From: a virus
DNA: 64,000 nucleotides
Reading direction: 5' to 3' (one strand)
Virus record (IMG/VR): IMGVR_UViG_3300012984_000001
Location: 11,695 to 75,694 of that record
Positions within the stretch are counted from its first letter, which is position 1. Each line of letters begins with the position of its first letter. The notes beneath the pieces are model-generated. The model did no database searches, was not told the origin of the DNA, and saw only the letters and a program-made list of their open reading frames with translations. Both the position numbers and the translations under genes were made by a program. Below are positions 37,036 to 47,385 of this stretch, one piece after another.

Positions 37036-37321
37036 CAAAACTACATTCTGTGAAGTAATAGAACTTTTGCGTCAGCAGATTTTGTTTGATAACGAATCTG
37101 CTGAAAACATGAAAGATATGTTCGGTGTTGTTCAAAAATGCCGATATAAAAATGATTTAGTCATAAAATCTCTGATGAAACTTCTACATTTTCACTTTCC
37201 ACAAGAAGAGGAAGGTTTCTGCAGAATAGAACATTATTGTTTCATTATCGAGTTTGGGAAAGATGAAAATGAGTTTATTACTCCAGAAGAACTTTATGAT
37301 TCACTTATAAATAAAAAATAA
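37028..37321 (+). CDS. Hypothetical protein
   Basis: 97 aa ending ITPEELYDSL, a common phage family pattern. Confidence 0.65.
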   Translation: MLDKTTFCEVIELLRQQILFDNESAENMKDMFGVVQKCRYKNDLVIKSLMKLLHFHFPQEEEGFCRIEHYCFIIEFGKDENEFITPEELYDSLINKK

Positions 37322-37324
37322 TTC

Positions 37325-38113
37325 ATGCCAAGAGAAAAATCTACTCGTTTATCTGGGATGAAAAAAAATCCTTATGCCAAGCCAAAGAAAAAAGTAAAAG
37401 CAAAAACTTATAAGGGTCGAATAATTCGTGGCGTAACTAAAAAACAGCGAGAGATTGTTTCAGAATTTTTCAAAGTTCGTGAAGGTGAAACTCAGGAGCA
37501 ATGGAAGAAAAGAACAGATGTAAACCGACTTTCCGAGGTAAACAAAGAGGAGGAAAACCGAATTTACAAAAAAATGTACATCTATTACAAAACGAAAGAC
37601 AAGAAAGAGTATGAGATGCATAACGCATATCTAAAAATACAACAAATACCTCGTGCTTTCGATTTTATGCGTTATTATGGTGTTGTCATAAACTTTTTCT
37701 CGATAAAATACAATGTTCGAGTTGAAGACTATCAAATGGGTTTTTATTTTTACACAAATATCCCATTTACAAAACAAAGATTTGAAAATGCATGTGTTTT
37801 GCACTTCGGAACCAAGCATAATAAATTCAATTATTTCATAAAATCAGGATATTTAGAAGAAGTTACTCACACTATCAGATTGTACGACCAAGACAATGTT
37901 GTTCAAAAAACAAATCTCTATAGGCTTACTAGGGGATTCCTTAGAAGACTGACTGAGATTTACAAAGTTATATCCAAAATGAATACTCTAAGAACCGAGC
38001 AATCTCATTTAGAAAACATGAGTCCAGAAATAGAGCAAATAATATTTGATATGAATGACGAAATAATGGATATTCAAACTGGAAGAGTTCCGGTATCAGA
38101 TTTAAATACTTAA
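37325..38113 (+). CDS. Basic protein, possible winged-helix DNA-binding
   Basis: 262 aa; K-rich N-terminus; FIKSGYLEEV...LYRLTRG wing-like pattern. Confidence 0.6.
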   Translation: MPREKSTRLSGMKKNPYAKPKKKVKAKTYKGRIIRGVTKKQREIVSEFFKVREGETQEQWKKRTDVNRLSEVNKEEENRIYKKMYIYYKTKDKKEYEMHNAYLKIQQIPRAFDFMRYYGVVINFFSIKYNVRVEDYQMGFYFYTNIPFTKQRFENACVLHFGTKHNKFNYFIKSGYLEEVTHTIRLYDQDNVVQKTNLYRLTRGFLRRLTEIYKVISKMNTLRTEQSHLENMSPEIEQIIFDMNDEIMDIQTGRVPVSDLNT

Positions 38114-38137
38114 TAACTAAAACAATAATTTAAAATT

Positions 38138-38854
38138 ATGAACAAAGAACAATTGATTGCAAAAAATGTTAAGCATGCGTTTAACGGAAAAGAAACTTTA
38201 TTCTCGGTTGAGAGTTTAGAAAAACATTTCGATGGATTGGTGATTCACGAATCTGACATTCTTACAGATGAATTTGAAGACCAAGACGAAGGATATGTAA
38301 GAGCGGGTGATGTTAACTTTGATTCAGCAATTCCGAAAGAAGTTTTGGAACCAGAAGAAGATGTTGTGGAAGAATCAACAGGAATGAGTTTTGAAGAAGC
38401 GGACAAATTAGCGAAAGAAGGATTTTTAATAGCATTGCCGGAGTGGGAAGGTTTTTGGTTCAGAAATGTAACTAAAGATAACGGATTATTAGTTTTTACT
38501 AAAGACGGTGAAATTTTAGATACGCCTGACGAAAAATATAAAGAAAGGGAAGATTGGATTGAAGTTAAAGCAAGTGTAGAGCAATGGGCAAAACTTACTG
38601 AGTATTTTGACAATGAAACAGCAAAAGAAATTACAGTTAAGGGTTCTGTTGTCGAATCACCAGACCCTAAAGCCGTTAAAGAAGAATCTGGAAAAACTCT
38701 TATGGATAAATTAGTAGAATTTCAAGACAAAACAAATATCGAGGAGTTAAAAGTACAACAAATATTGTTAGGTGAAAAACCAGAAGGAAAATCAATCAAT
38801 ATTGAAGATTTAAAAGAGGAACCAACAAAAGAATCTAAATCAATTAAAAAATAA
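38138..38854 (+). CDS. Acidic protein with internal DUF2829/Tad2-like domain
   Basis: MSFEEADKLAKEGFLIALPEWEGFWF...EREDW at 38384-38566. Confidence 0.55.
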   Translation: MNKEQLIAKNVKHAFNGKETLFSVESLEKHFDGLVIHESDILTDEFEDQDEGYVRAGDVNFDSAIPKEVLEPEEDVVEESTGMSFEEADKLAKEGFLIALPEWEGFWFRNVTKDNGLLVFTKDGEILDTPDEKYKEREDWIEVKASVEQWAKLTEYFDNETAKEITVKGSVVESPDPKAVKEESGKTLMDKLVEFQDKTNIEELKVQQILLGEKPEGKSINIEDLKEEPTKESKSIKK

Positions 38855-38859
38855 TTATT

Positions 38860-39102
38860 ATGTCAGAAACAGTTCAAGAATTAAGTTTAGGAGAAAAAAG
38901 AGTGCGTTCAGCGTTTAATCCATCTGGAGCAGGAAATGTGAATTTTATCAAAGAAAAAACTGCGGAACTTATAAATGTCCTGGAGGATTTCAAAAACGAT
39001 GAAAGAAACAATTTAGACGAAGAAGCAAAAAGATTAGTTTCTTTGGCACAGACAACTTTTGAGGAAGCCGCAATGTGGGGAGTAAAAGCCGTAACTTCAT
39101 AA
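38860..39102 (+). CDS. Acb2/Tad1-like nucleotide-signal sponge
   Basis: C-terminal RLVSLAQTTFEEAAMWGVKA hairpin signature. Confidence 0.7.
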   Translation: MSETVQELSLGEKRVRSAFNPSGAGNVNFIKEKTAELINVLEDFKNDERNNLDEEAKRLVSLAQTTFEEAAMWGVKAVTS

Positions 39103-39123
39103 AACCATAAATCCATTAAATCA

Positions 39124-39161
39124 AAAATCCCGATCTTCGTATTTAAACGAGTCGGGATTTT
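39124..39161. terminator. Bidirectional terminator
   Basis: AAAATCCCGA...TCGGGATTTT between convergent genes. Confidence 0.7.
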
Positions 39162-39184
39162 CTCTATTAATTAACCAAATTAAA

Positions 39185-39517
39185 CTATTTTCCTGTCCAA
39201 ATCAAATCTCGGTAAAAAACCAAAAGATAAGGATTGCCATTTTGGGTCATTGCAGTAGCTTTAAATTTATCAAAAATAACCTCGCTTCCTACTTCTATAG
39301 TGTACCTGTTTTTTCCACCAAATATCCTTGAAAAAAAACTTTGAGGCTTTCTAGGGCACTCAGTTCCAATAGACCTAATTATTCCTCGTTTCTGCTTCTC
39401 GTTCGCATCAACTATACCACTAATATCAATTCCTGATTTAGTTTTGTTCTCGTGGAAAATTTCTTCAACAACAACTATTTGATTAAGCGCTTGTCCTTTG
39501 AATTTATTTGGTGTCAT
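39185..39517 (-). CDS. groES: Co-chaperonin GroES-like
   Basis: ALNQIVVV..KTKSGI...GIIRSIG...VGSEVIFDKF; adjacent to groEL; start ATG at 39517. Confidence 0.85.
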   Translation of the reverse strand: MTPNKFKGQALNQIVVVEEIFHENKTKSGIDISGIVDANEKQKRGIIRSIGTECPRKPQSFFSRIFGGKNRYTIEVGSEVIFDKFKATAMTQNGNPYLLVFYRDLIWTGK

Positions 39518-41051
39518 GAGCAAATCTTTTAAGTGTAACAACGTTGTTGGTTCTAAGTAAGTTATTTGAAGCGGATGCTGCGTTTACAAGAGCTGTTTTA
39601 ACTCCTTTCGCAGTATCAAGTATTCCGGCTTCGAACATATCTACTTCTTTATAGCCTTTCACATCGTACCCCATAGGATATTTGCCTAATTCTGGCACAG
39701 AAACTCCTGCGTTTGAATGTATTTTTAAGATTGGCGCTTGTATAACTGTTTTTGTTACTTCATCTATATCTAAATCTATAGCTGATAGTAAAGCGATTCC
39801 TCCTCCGGCAACAACTCCTCCATCTTTGGAAGCGCGTACAGCGCAACAAGCATCATCCACTCTAGCTATTTTTTCTTCAACTTCACTTGGAGTTACACCT
39901 CCAACGAAAATAGTAGAAATGCCACCAGATAATTTAGAGATTCTTTCACGAAGATAGTTTTTCTCACCTTCATTTGTTTGAAGTGTAATTTGAGAGTTTA
40001 ACTCATTAATTTTAGCGGTGACTTTTGTTTTGTCGAATTCTGGATTAAGCGTGATAACCGTGTCTTTTTTACCGATTTCAATTCTGTCGCAAGTTCCAAG
40101 ATAAACTGCTTCTTTTCCTTCGTAATTTGTTCTTGAAATACCTTCCAAAAGTTCACAATCTAAAATCAATGACAAATCTCGCATTGTTTCACGATTCTTT
40201 TTTCCTTGATATGGTGGTTTTATAATTGCGAATGGATATTTGTGTTTAATGACATTTTCTAAAATCATACTAGAAATGTCGTGAGACATATCTGATATTA
40301 TAACAATAGGACGCCCGTTGTGTGCAGCATAATCCAAGAAAGGCGTGATTTCATTATGTGTTTGAAAATTAATCAGTGAACATAAAACTAATGGATTGTC
40401 GAAGATTACGGATTGAGATTCCGGAACATTCACAAATCCTTCGTTTAAATATCCGGCATCAATTGGATTTCCGGCAATGTGTTTAATGAAAGTTTCGTCT
40501 GTAAAACTACGTTTGTGAGATACTATTCCGAATTCTCCTGACTTGATAAACGCTTCTTGGACAATTTTAGCTATTTCAGAATCTCCATGAGCAGAAGTTT
40601 TAGCAATATCGAACATTAATTTTTCATTTACAGGAACCGAAATGGAATCGATATATTCAGACACTTTTGATACAGATTCTTCAATTTTGTTTTTGATTTC
40701 AATTGAAGACGTTCCTTTTTTAAGTTCATCCAATGAATATTTGAAAAATGCCTGAGTCAAAACACATACTAGGGTAGTTCCATCCCCAACCACTTCAAAT
40801 TGTTTTTTAGAGGCTTCTTTTACTATTTCGCAAGCAATATGTTCGATGCTATTTTCCCAATAAAGATTATGTAATACATCGTGACCGTCTGCAGTTATAT
40901 TAGGTAATCCTCCTGTAGTTTCGAAAAGGACATTTTGTCCACGATACCCCATTGTGCTCGAAACTATGTCACAACACTTGTTTATCCCGTCAAGTAATTG
41001 TGATTTTGCATCTTCTCCACTGACTAGATGCCTTAAAATTGTGTTACTCAT
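39504..41051 (-). CDS. groEL: Chaperonin GroEL-like
   Basis: STMGYRGQNV, ITADG, GDGTT, ERISKLSGG, GVVAGGG, AGILD; start ATG at 41051. Confidence 0.95.
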   Translation of the reverse strand: MSNTILRHLVSGEDAKSQLLDGINKCCDIVSSTMGYRGQNVLFETTGGLPNITADGHDVLHNLYWENSIEHIACEIVKEASKKQFEVVGDGTTLVCVLTQAFFKYSLDELKKGTSSIEIKNKIEESVSKVSEYIDSISVPVNEKLMFDIAKTSAHGDSEIAKIVQEAFIKSGEFGIVSHKRSFTDETFIKHIAGNPIDAGYLNEGFVNVPESQSVIFDNPLVLCSLINFQTHNEITPFLDYAAHNGRPIVIISDMSHDISSMILENVIKHKYPFAIIKPPYQGKKNRETMRDLSLILDCELLEGISRTNYEGKEAVYLGTCDRIEIGKKDTVITLNPEFDKTKVTAKINELNSQITLQTNEGEKNYLRERISKLSGGISTIFVGGVTPSEVEEKIARVDDACCAVRASKDGGVVAGGGIALLSAIDLDIDEVTKTVIQAPILKIHSNAGVSVPELGKYPMGYDVKGYKEVDMFEAGILDTAKGVKTALVNAASASNNLLRTNNVVTLKRFAHDTK

Positions 41052-41103
41052 ATAATTAAATTTAATTTGATTAATAGAAAACAAAAGTACTAATTTTAAA
41101 AAA

Positions 41104-41142
41104 GACAACAAACATTTCTTGTTGTTTTAATTTATATCTTTG
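41104..41142 (+). promoter_or_regulatory. Class B (late) promoter; divergent groEL promoter adjacent
   Basis: GACAACAAACATTT ... TATCTTTG; on the - strand TACTTTTG at 41082-41089. Confidence 0.6.
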
Positions 41143-41167
41143 TTTTCAATAAAAAGTATCTAATGTT

Positions 41168-43831
41168 ATGACTAAAATAAAAAGATATTCTACAGTAACC
41201 CCAACTGCATCCGACATTGTTATTGGTACAGATAAAGAAAATCAAGAATTAACCAAAAACTTTAAGATTGGAGATATACTAGATTTGCTGAACTCACTTA
41301 ACGGAAACGAAGTTATTGCATATACTTTTGTCGAAAGTCCAATCGGAGAGTTAGATGAAAATGGCTCAGGATATTTTATCTCAGAAAACAACCTGACAAA
41401 TCCAGCTGACGTAACAAAACTGATATTCAGTAAAAAATTAAAATCAGGAAACGACTTATCAGACTTGTTCAATTTCATAGACGCACATAAAAGCAGTTTT
41501 AAATTACAGATAAGAAACATATCAGACCCAAACAATATAGTTTATTTTGATATAAATGAAATAACGGAGGAAGACTTTCAGTTTTCAGTGTCTGTAAGCG
41601 TATATAATACTGATTTTTATATCGGTGAACTTGAATATTCTAAAATATATAGCGTTTATTGGGATTATTCTGTAGGCTCAGGAGGAGGTGAATCCAATAA
41701 GTTAACAGGAAATGCAATAGATTTAAGCAATCCTTTGGTGAATTATTATAATATGGATGATGCAGACAACCATTCGTATAGTAATTATACTATTTCGGAC
41801 TTAGCAAATGGAGGAAAAGCAAGACTATTAGTGACAACATCATTATTGCCTACAATTACAGGAGCAACAAACATTAAAGGGGATGAATTTCAGCCTAATA
41901 CCCCTATTTATTTAGAAGTAGAAAACAGCGGTGGAAGAATAGAATATTGGGTAAAACAAATATATATAAATGCTTTTATAGATATTACAGCATTGCCTTT
42001 TGGTGGAAAATACTATGAGTCACCAACTCCTTTGACTGAATTTGCAGGAACCCCAAGTATATTAAAAACATCAACTGGGAGGTTATTGCTAGGAACTGAT
42101 TATTGGCAATATGCCAACACCACCAGTAATACTACCGGAATTTATGAATATATAGGTAATACTTTTGTAAAGATAGCCGATATTGTAAACATGTTTTGGG
42201 CTCAATTTTTTGAATATTCGGGTGTCATATATCTTATTGGTGTTGATAAATGGAAAACAGGAAACATAATGATTTCTAAAAGTACTGACTTTGGGAGTAC
42301 TTGGACTGATCCTGTTAAAATAGTAGATAAGTTGACTGGGCAAGGATGGCAAACTTCCGCTTGTTCATTGTTGATAAAAGACGGACATATAGTTAAACCT
42401 GTTTTGGACAGTGGAACTCCAGTTATCACAGGAGACACTTATAGAATAGCCTTTATAATAGCCAATTTATCTACCGACCTTACTGTTGCGGCAAATTGGA
42501 CAACATCTAATATAATGCCGTTCAACAAAACATTGATTCCAATAAAAATATCTACACAGGCTAACGGAATTGTCAATCCTTATAATCCAACGAATACGCA
42601 TTCAAAGTTTGTTTTAGAACCAAATGCTATAGAAGTAGCAGGACAGGTAAGGTTGCTATGTAGATTAGAAGTTCAGCCAAACAGTAATTATGCAATGTAT
42701 TATACTGTTGCATGGAACAGCGGAAGTCCAAAACTAAGTACAATAAACGCAACTCCTAACTATATAGAAATGTATGGTGGAAATGTTAAGTTTAAAGTAC
42801 TATATGATTCAGTTAGTGCTAAATATATTTCTATTGTAAATCCTTGCAAATACAAATATATGAACGACTTTAGAACCGAGTCACACCTAATTACATCGTC
42901 AGATTGCATTACTTGGACATTAAAAAACAGGGTTGCAGGATACGATGTAACAAATAACTGGGAGGCTATAATTGCCCAGTATGGAATTCAATACGCAGAC
43001 TTTATAATAGATGGGAACGATTTATTGGTTTCTTATAGGGTTGCTGATGCTAATGCTGCAACTTTTCACGATAGCAATATCACTTCTTTAATGAAAATAC
43101 CTAATTTTAGGAGTATTCCCGATGAAACTTTTGCAAGTGGAAATATAAGTTTACTTATCAATGAAAACTCAGAAAGATTTGAAACTGCTGACGGTATTGG
43201 TGTTATAAAAGACCAATCGAAATATTATAATAGTCCTTTTATGTTGAATGTCAACAACTCTATAAAACCTAATTGGGTTTCAGGAGGCATTCAATTCAAT
43301 GAAGCGGAATACTTAAGGGTAGTTCATAACGAATATTTAAACATCAATAATGGTTTTTCTATTTTTGCTGTTGTAGAAAACCTACAAAATACCTTTAATA
43401 GAATTGTATCTAAAAGCAGTGGTTCTGGAGGTTCGGATTTGCAAGTAAATAATTATTCTTTTAGTTTCGTTGGTGGATTATCCGTAGAAAATGGATATGG
43501 ACAATATGCGGATTATTCAATAGGAAACAATTATATTTTATCTGCATCTTATGATAATGTGAATAATGATATTTACAATTATTTAAATGGTGCGAATAGA
43601 GGAACGCCATCAAGTCTTTCGAATGCAACATTCGTAACAAATAGAGTACATTTAACTACGGCATACACAACTGGAAACACTGCTGAAATGTGGATAGGAG
43701 CAAGACAAGTTCCAACAACCGGAAAACTAAATGGAAAAATAAAGGCCCTCCATATTTTTCCAAGCTATATGAATCCAACCCAAATGCTAGCATACATAAA
43801 TTCCTTAAATGCTATTTACAATATATATTAA
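41168..43831 (+). CDS. Tail spike/fibre with BNR (sialidase-like) propeller and LamG-like C-terminus
   Basis: Asp-boxes SKSTDFGSTW and TSSDCITW; C-terminal YNYLNG...WIGAR...LNGKIKALHIF. Confidence 0.7.
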   Translation: MTKIKRYSTVTPTASDIVIGTDKENQELTKNFKIGDILDLLNSLNGNEVIAYTFVESPIGELDENGSGYFISENNLTNPADVTKLIFSKKLKSGNDLSDLFNFIDAHKSSFKLQIRNISDPNNIVYFDINEITEEDFQFSVSVSVYNTDFYIGELEYSKIYSVYWDYSVGSGGGESNKLTGNAIDLSNPLVNYYNMDDADNHSYSNYTISDLANGGKARLLVTTSLLPTITGATNIKGDEFQPNTPIYLEVENSGGRIEYWVKQIYINAFIDITALPFGGKYYESPTPLTEFAGTPSILKTSTGRLLLGTDYWQYANTTSNTTGIYEYIGNTFVKIADIVNMFWAQFFEYSGVIYLIGVDKWKTGNIMISKSTDFGSTWTDPVKIVDKLTGQGWQTSACSLLIKDGHIVKPVLDSGTPVITGDTYRIAFIIANLSTDLTVAANWTTSNIMPFNKTLIPIKISTQANGIVNPYNPTNTHSKFVLEPNAIEVAGQVRLLCRLEVQPNSNYAMYYTVAWNSGSPKLSTINATPNYIEMYGGNVKFKVLYDSVSAKYISIVNPCKYKYMNDFRTESHLITSSDCITWTLKNRVAGYDVTNNWEAIIAQYGIQYADFIIDGNDLLVSYRVADANAATFHDSNITSLMKIPNFRSIPDETFASGNISLLINENSERFETADGIGVIKDQSKYYNSPFMLNVNNSIKPNWVSGGIQFNEAEYLRVVHNEYLNINNGFSIFAVVENLQNTFNRIVSKSSGSGGSDLQVNNYSFSFVGGLSVENGYGQYADYSIGNNYILSASYDNVNNDIYNYLNGANRGTPSSLSNATFVTNRVHLTTAYTTGNTAEMWIGARQVPTTGKLNGKIKALHIFPSYMNPTQMLAYINSLNAIYNIY

Positions 43832-43855
43832 CAAACTAAACAGAAAATATAAAAC

Positions 43856-44104
43856 ATGAAAAACTGGAAAACAACATTAGTAGGAATTGCGTTATCGGCT
43901 TATCCTATATTTGATGCAATAAATCAAGCTTATGCATCAGGATATTTTACAGGAAAAACTGGACTTCAATTATGGTTTGGTATTGCAGTAATTACTTTAG
44001 GAGTATGGGCTAGAGATAAAAACCCTACTACTGCGCCTAAAAATCTTCAAGCCAATGATGAAGACGATGAAACAATAGTTGGAACACACCCAAAAGACAG
44101 ATAA
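43856..44104 (+). CDS. Putative holin
   Basis: MKNWKTTLVGI, two TM helices, ARD motif; upstream of the endolysin. Confidence 0.65.
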   Translation: MKNWKTTLVGIALSAYPIFDAINQAYASGYFTGKTGLQLWFGIAVITLGVWARDKNPTTAPKNLQANDEDDETIVGTHPKDR

Positions 44105-44436
44105 TGAAAAAAATAACAAGCTACATATTTGCAATATTATCACGAAAAGAAATGCTATATGTAGCTTTGTTTTTGTCGATAATAACATATTCTTTTTGGA
44201 CTTATTTTTCGAAAGGTTTTTTTTACAAAGGCAACGCTTTGTTTTTGTTGATTTTTGTTTCGTATCTTTATGCCAACGAAAGAACTTCATTCATAAAGTA
44301 CTTGATATTTAACCTGTCATTAAATTATGTTTTTAAAGAGTTTTTTTTAGATGCAGGTAAGTTGTATTTTTATGAAGCAATAGCAGTAGTATTAATCCCA
44401 TTAATGTGGTATATAAAACATGGTAAGTTTAATTGA
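44104..44436 (+). CDS. Multi-pass membrane protein (lysis module)
   Basis: Three to four TM segments. Confidence 0.6.
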   Translation: MKKITSYIFAILSRKEMLYVALFLSIITYSFWTYFSKGFFYKGNALFLLIFVSYLYANERTSFIKYLIFNLSLNYVFKEFFLDAGKLYFYEAIAVVLIPLMWYIKHGKFN

Positions 44437-44770
44437 GTACTGGAGAGAATTAGGCTTAACTATAGGCGCAATAGTAACTTTTCTAGCAGGGCGAAAAAGT
44501 ACTAAATTACAAGAAAAAAAACAGACTGTAGATGCTATTGATGCAATGCAGAAGACTTATGATGTTTTTTTGAAACATTATGAAGACAATTACAACAAGC
44601 TCTTAGCAAGATTAGATAATCTTGAATTAAGGAATACAATTTTGACAGAATCGTCACAAGCTTGGGAAAAAAAATTCAAAGACTTGGCAAAAGAATACGA
44701 ATCATTTAAAAAAGAACATGAGTCGTTGAAAAACGCATTTGAGTCGTACAAAAAAAATCATAACAAATAA
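44420..44770 (+). CDS. TM plus coiled-coil protein (holin/antiholin-like)
   Basis: One N-terminal TM helix followed by heptads. Confidence 0.6.
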   Translation: MVSLIEYWRELGLTIGAIVTFLAGRKSTKLQEKKQTVDAIDAMQKTYDVFLKHYEDNYNKLLARLDNLELRNTILTESSQAWEKKFKDLAKEYESFKKEHESLKNAFESYKKNHNK

Positions 44771-44781
44771 ATCTAATTAAA

Positions 44782-45222
44782 ATGAATGAAATAATAAGAA
44801 TTGCAGAAAAAGAAATTGGACAAACTGAAAAACCAGCAAACTCAAATAAAACAAAGTACGGAAAATGGTTTGGCTTCGATGGTGTTGCGTGGTGCGGTAT
44901 ATTTGTTTCATGGTGTTATGCACAAGCAGGATTTCCATTGCCTAAGATTGGTTTTACAAAAGGATATGCTGGGTGTCAAACTGCAGTCGCATTTTTTAAA
45001 AAATCAAATCAAGTTACATCGAAACCTGTAGAAGGAGATATTGTATTTTTTGATTGGAATGCAGATGGAAGATACGATCACACTGGATTATTCGTGAAAT
45101 GGGTTAATGATAAAGAATTCGAGACTATTGAAGGGAATACTGCTGTTGGAAATGACAGCAATGGAGGAAATGTTATGAGACGTGTCAGAAAAAATAAAAA
45201 TGTAATATTTGTGCATCCATGA
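44782..45222 (+). CDS. CHAP-domain endolysin
   Basis: AWCGIFVSW, DHTGL, TIEGNT. Confidence 0.9.
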   Translation: MNEIIRIAEKEIGQTEKPANSNKTKYGKWFGFDGVAWCGIFVSWCYAQAGFPLPKIGFTKGYAGCQTAVAFFKKSNQVTSKPVEGDIVFFDWNADGRYDHTGLFVKWVNDKEFETIEGNTAVGNDSNGGNVMRRVRKNKNVIFVHP

Positions 45223-45953
45223 TACAGATAGATTTAATAAAAACTTGGGAACGGATAAAAGTTTGGTTTCCTTATGTGTTATCGCTTGTGTTTGCGATAT
45301 TGTTGTTTTTTAAATATAATTCAACTTCTGGGCTGGAATCTGAAAACAAGGGCTTAAAAAATGAAGTTTTAAGAAGTGAGATTTTATCTAAGGGTTACTT
45401 GAATTTAGTTTCGGAGAAAAATAAAATAATTGCTAGTCACGAAAAAAAAATAGATAGTTTAAAAAATGAAATAGTTGTCTCAAAAAGTAAAACTATTGAA
45501 ATAAAAAAGGAATCAGAGAAAAAAATCAAAGAGGTCTATTTGTTAACCACTAAACAAATTGTTGATTCTTGGAAAAGTAGATATAGTCCTAAAGAAGATA
45601 TTCAATATGTTGGAAAAGATGTGGCGGTTACAGATACTGTGGCGAAACAGATTGAATCAGATTTGGTGAAAAAAGATTATTTATCTTTGGAATTAAATCA
45701 AACTAAAAAAACTCTATCATTGACAGAATCTGCTTCTGCAGAAAAAGATACGGTAATTAGTGATTTAAAAGACCAAAAGAAGAATTTGTTCATGGTTGTT
45801 GAGGAAGATAAAAAAACAAAAGAATCACAAAAACAAATAATCAAGAACACTGAAAAAGAGCTATCTTCTGAAAAAAATAAAAAAACTTTTTGGAAAGCAA
45901 CTGCTATCGGAGTAGGAACTGTAATTATTGTGAAATCAATATTGAAAAAATGA
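45219..45953 (+). CDS. Spanin-like TM/coiled-coil protein
   Basis: N-terminal TM, long coiled coil, C-terminal hydrophobic segment; follows the endolysin. Confidence 0.6.
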   Translation: MIQIDLIKTWERIKVWFPYVLSLVFAILLFFKYNSTSGLESENKGLKNEVLRSEILSKGYLNLVSEKNKIIASHEKKIDSLKNEIVVSKSKTIEIKKESEKKIKEVYLLTTKQIVDSWKSRYSPKEDIQYVGKDVAVTDTVAKQIESDLVKKDYLSLELNQTKKTLSLTESASAEKDTVISDLKDQKKNLFMVVEEDKKTKESQKQIIKNTEKELSSEKNKKTFWKATAIGVGTVIIVKSILKK

Positions 45954-46819
45954 CAAAAATAGCTACATATACAAGCGATACAGAAATAACCGATGTTGAT
46001 TTAATCATCGGAACAGATGGTGATACTACAAACAAAGAAACCAAAAACTTTTATCTTGGAGCCATAAAAGATTATGTTCTTGCTGGACTATCTCCAGAAA
46101 CTGGCGGTATCTTAAAGATTACAGAAATAAAATATACTGGGGATGATTACACTACTCCAGAAGACTTTATAAACTCACTTGACCCCCCATATACTGTAGA
46201 AAGATACCATTTTGTAATTGTGAATATGACGGATGGAAAATATATTTTTAAATTGCAAGACAGAGTTATTGGATTCAACCAAACTCCTGTAGTTTCAACA
46301 GATTTTATAAATATACAAGGGTTGAAAGGAGATAAAGGCGATACAGGAGACACCGGACCACAAGGTATTCAAGGAATACAAGGTGTAAAAGGTGACACAG
46401 GAAATACCGGAGCACAAGGTCCGCAAGGAATACAGGGACCACAAGGCATTCAAGGTCCGATTGGTCCACAAGGTCCTGCTGGAACAAACGGTATAAATGC
46501 ATCCAACAATCAGCAAAGAATACTTGTAATAGGAGATTTTACAGCTAACAATTATACTATACAGGAATCCGACAACAATTGCGAACTTATAATTCAAAAT
46601 GGCGCAACAGATGTGACAATAACAATTCCTACAGGGCTTTCTACAGCTCATTTTGTTGGATATGTTAGGGAAGGTAGTGGAGAAGTTTCTTTTGTGCCGT
46701 CTGGAACAACTCTTAAAACGGCTGTTGGATTAAAAATAAATGCTGTTAACGACCCTGCTTGCTCGGTTCAAAATGGAACAACAAATACATTTCATATTCA
46801 CGGAAATTTAAAGGTATGA
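45950..46819 (+). CDS. Collagen-repeat tail fibre
   Basis: ~19 Gly-X-Y triplets (46319-46495); start ATG at 45950. Confidence 0.8.
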   Translation: MTKIATYTSDTEITDVDLIIGTDGDTTNKETKNFYLGAIKDYVLAGLSPETGGILKITEIKYTGDDYTTPEDFINSLDPPYTVERYHFVIVNMTDGKYIFKLQDRVIGFNQTPVVSTDFINIQGLKGDKGDTGDTGPQGIQGIQGVKGDTGNTGAQGPQGIQGPQGIQGPIGPQGPAGTNGINASNNQQRILVIGDFTANNYTIQESDNNCELIIQNGATDVTITIPTGLSTAHFVGYVREGSGEVSFVPSGTTLKTAVGLKINAVNDPACSVQNGTTNTFHIHGNLKV

Positions 46820-47130
46820 TAAGTTTTCAAAGAAATATTTTTAAGCTACGTCGCGCGGACATTATTCCTCCTGTCGGAGATTGCTTCGCAATGAACATTT
46901 ATATATCTCCTATAGATGCAGAAGATGCAGATGATGGAACCGTTATATTAACTTATACGGCATGCGGAGGAACCATAACAGAAATACCTTTTCCAGATGC
47001 AGGAAATTACACAAATGTAGCATGTGCTGATGTGGGTTCTGGATTTGCTTTCCACTATATAAAAGGAGGTGCTTCATTTAATGCGGGAAATTCTGGTTTT
47101 ACAGGATTTGGAGACGCTTGCACAATTTAA
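46816..47130 (+). CDS. Small Cys/Gly-rich structural protein
   Basis: ATGA-coupled start at 46816; YTACGG...NVCA motif. Confidence 0.55.
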   Translation: MISFQRNIFKLRRADIIPPVGDCFAMNIYISPIDAEDADDGTVILTYTACGGTITEIPFPDAGNYTNVACADVGSGFAFHYIKGGASFNAGNSGFTGFGDACTI

Positions 47131-47141
47131 AACCAATTATT

Positions 47142-47384
47142 ATGAATGATAAAAGAATAAGATTATTGTCGGTTGAAATATTCAACAGAGAACCCATGGT
47201 TTATGTGTGCGATAAACCGCGTCCATTCAACATAAATGGAAAAATTGAACAAAGGACTATTAAAGGTATTGTTTACATAAAAGAGAATGAGGTTTATGAA
47301 ATATGGCTTGCTGATGGAGAAACCATAAGACATTGGAAAGATATTCCGAAAAACAATAGCGTAACCGTTGAATACTACATATAA
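47142..47384 (+). CDS. Hypothetical protein
   Basis: RIRLLSV...YEIWL...HWKDIP...VTVEY; start probably 47142. Confidence 0.6.
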   Translation: MNDKRIRLLSVEIFNREPMVYVCDKPRPFNINGKIEQRTIKGIVYIKENEVYEIWLADGETIRHWKDIPKNNSVTVEYYI

Positions 47385-47385
47385 T

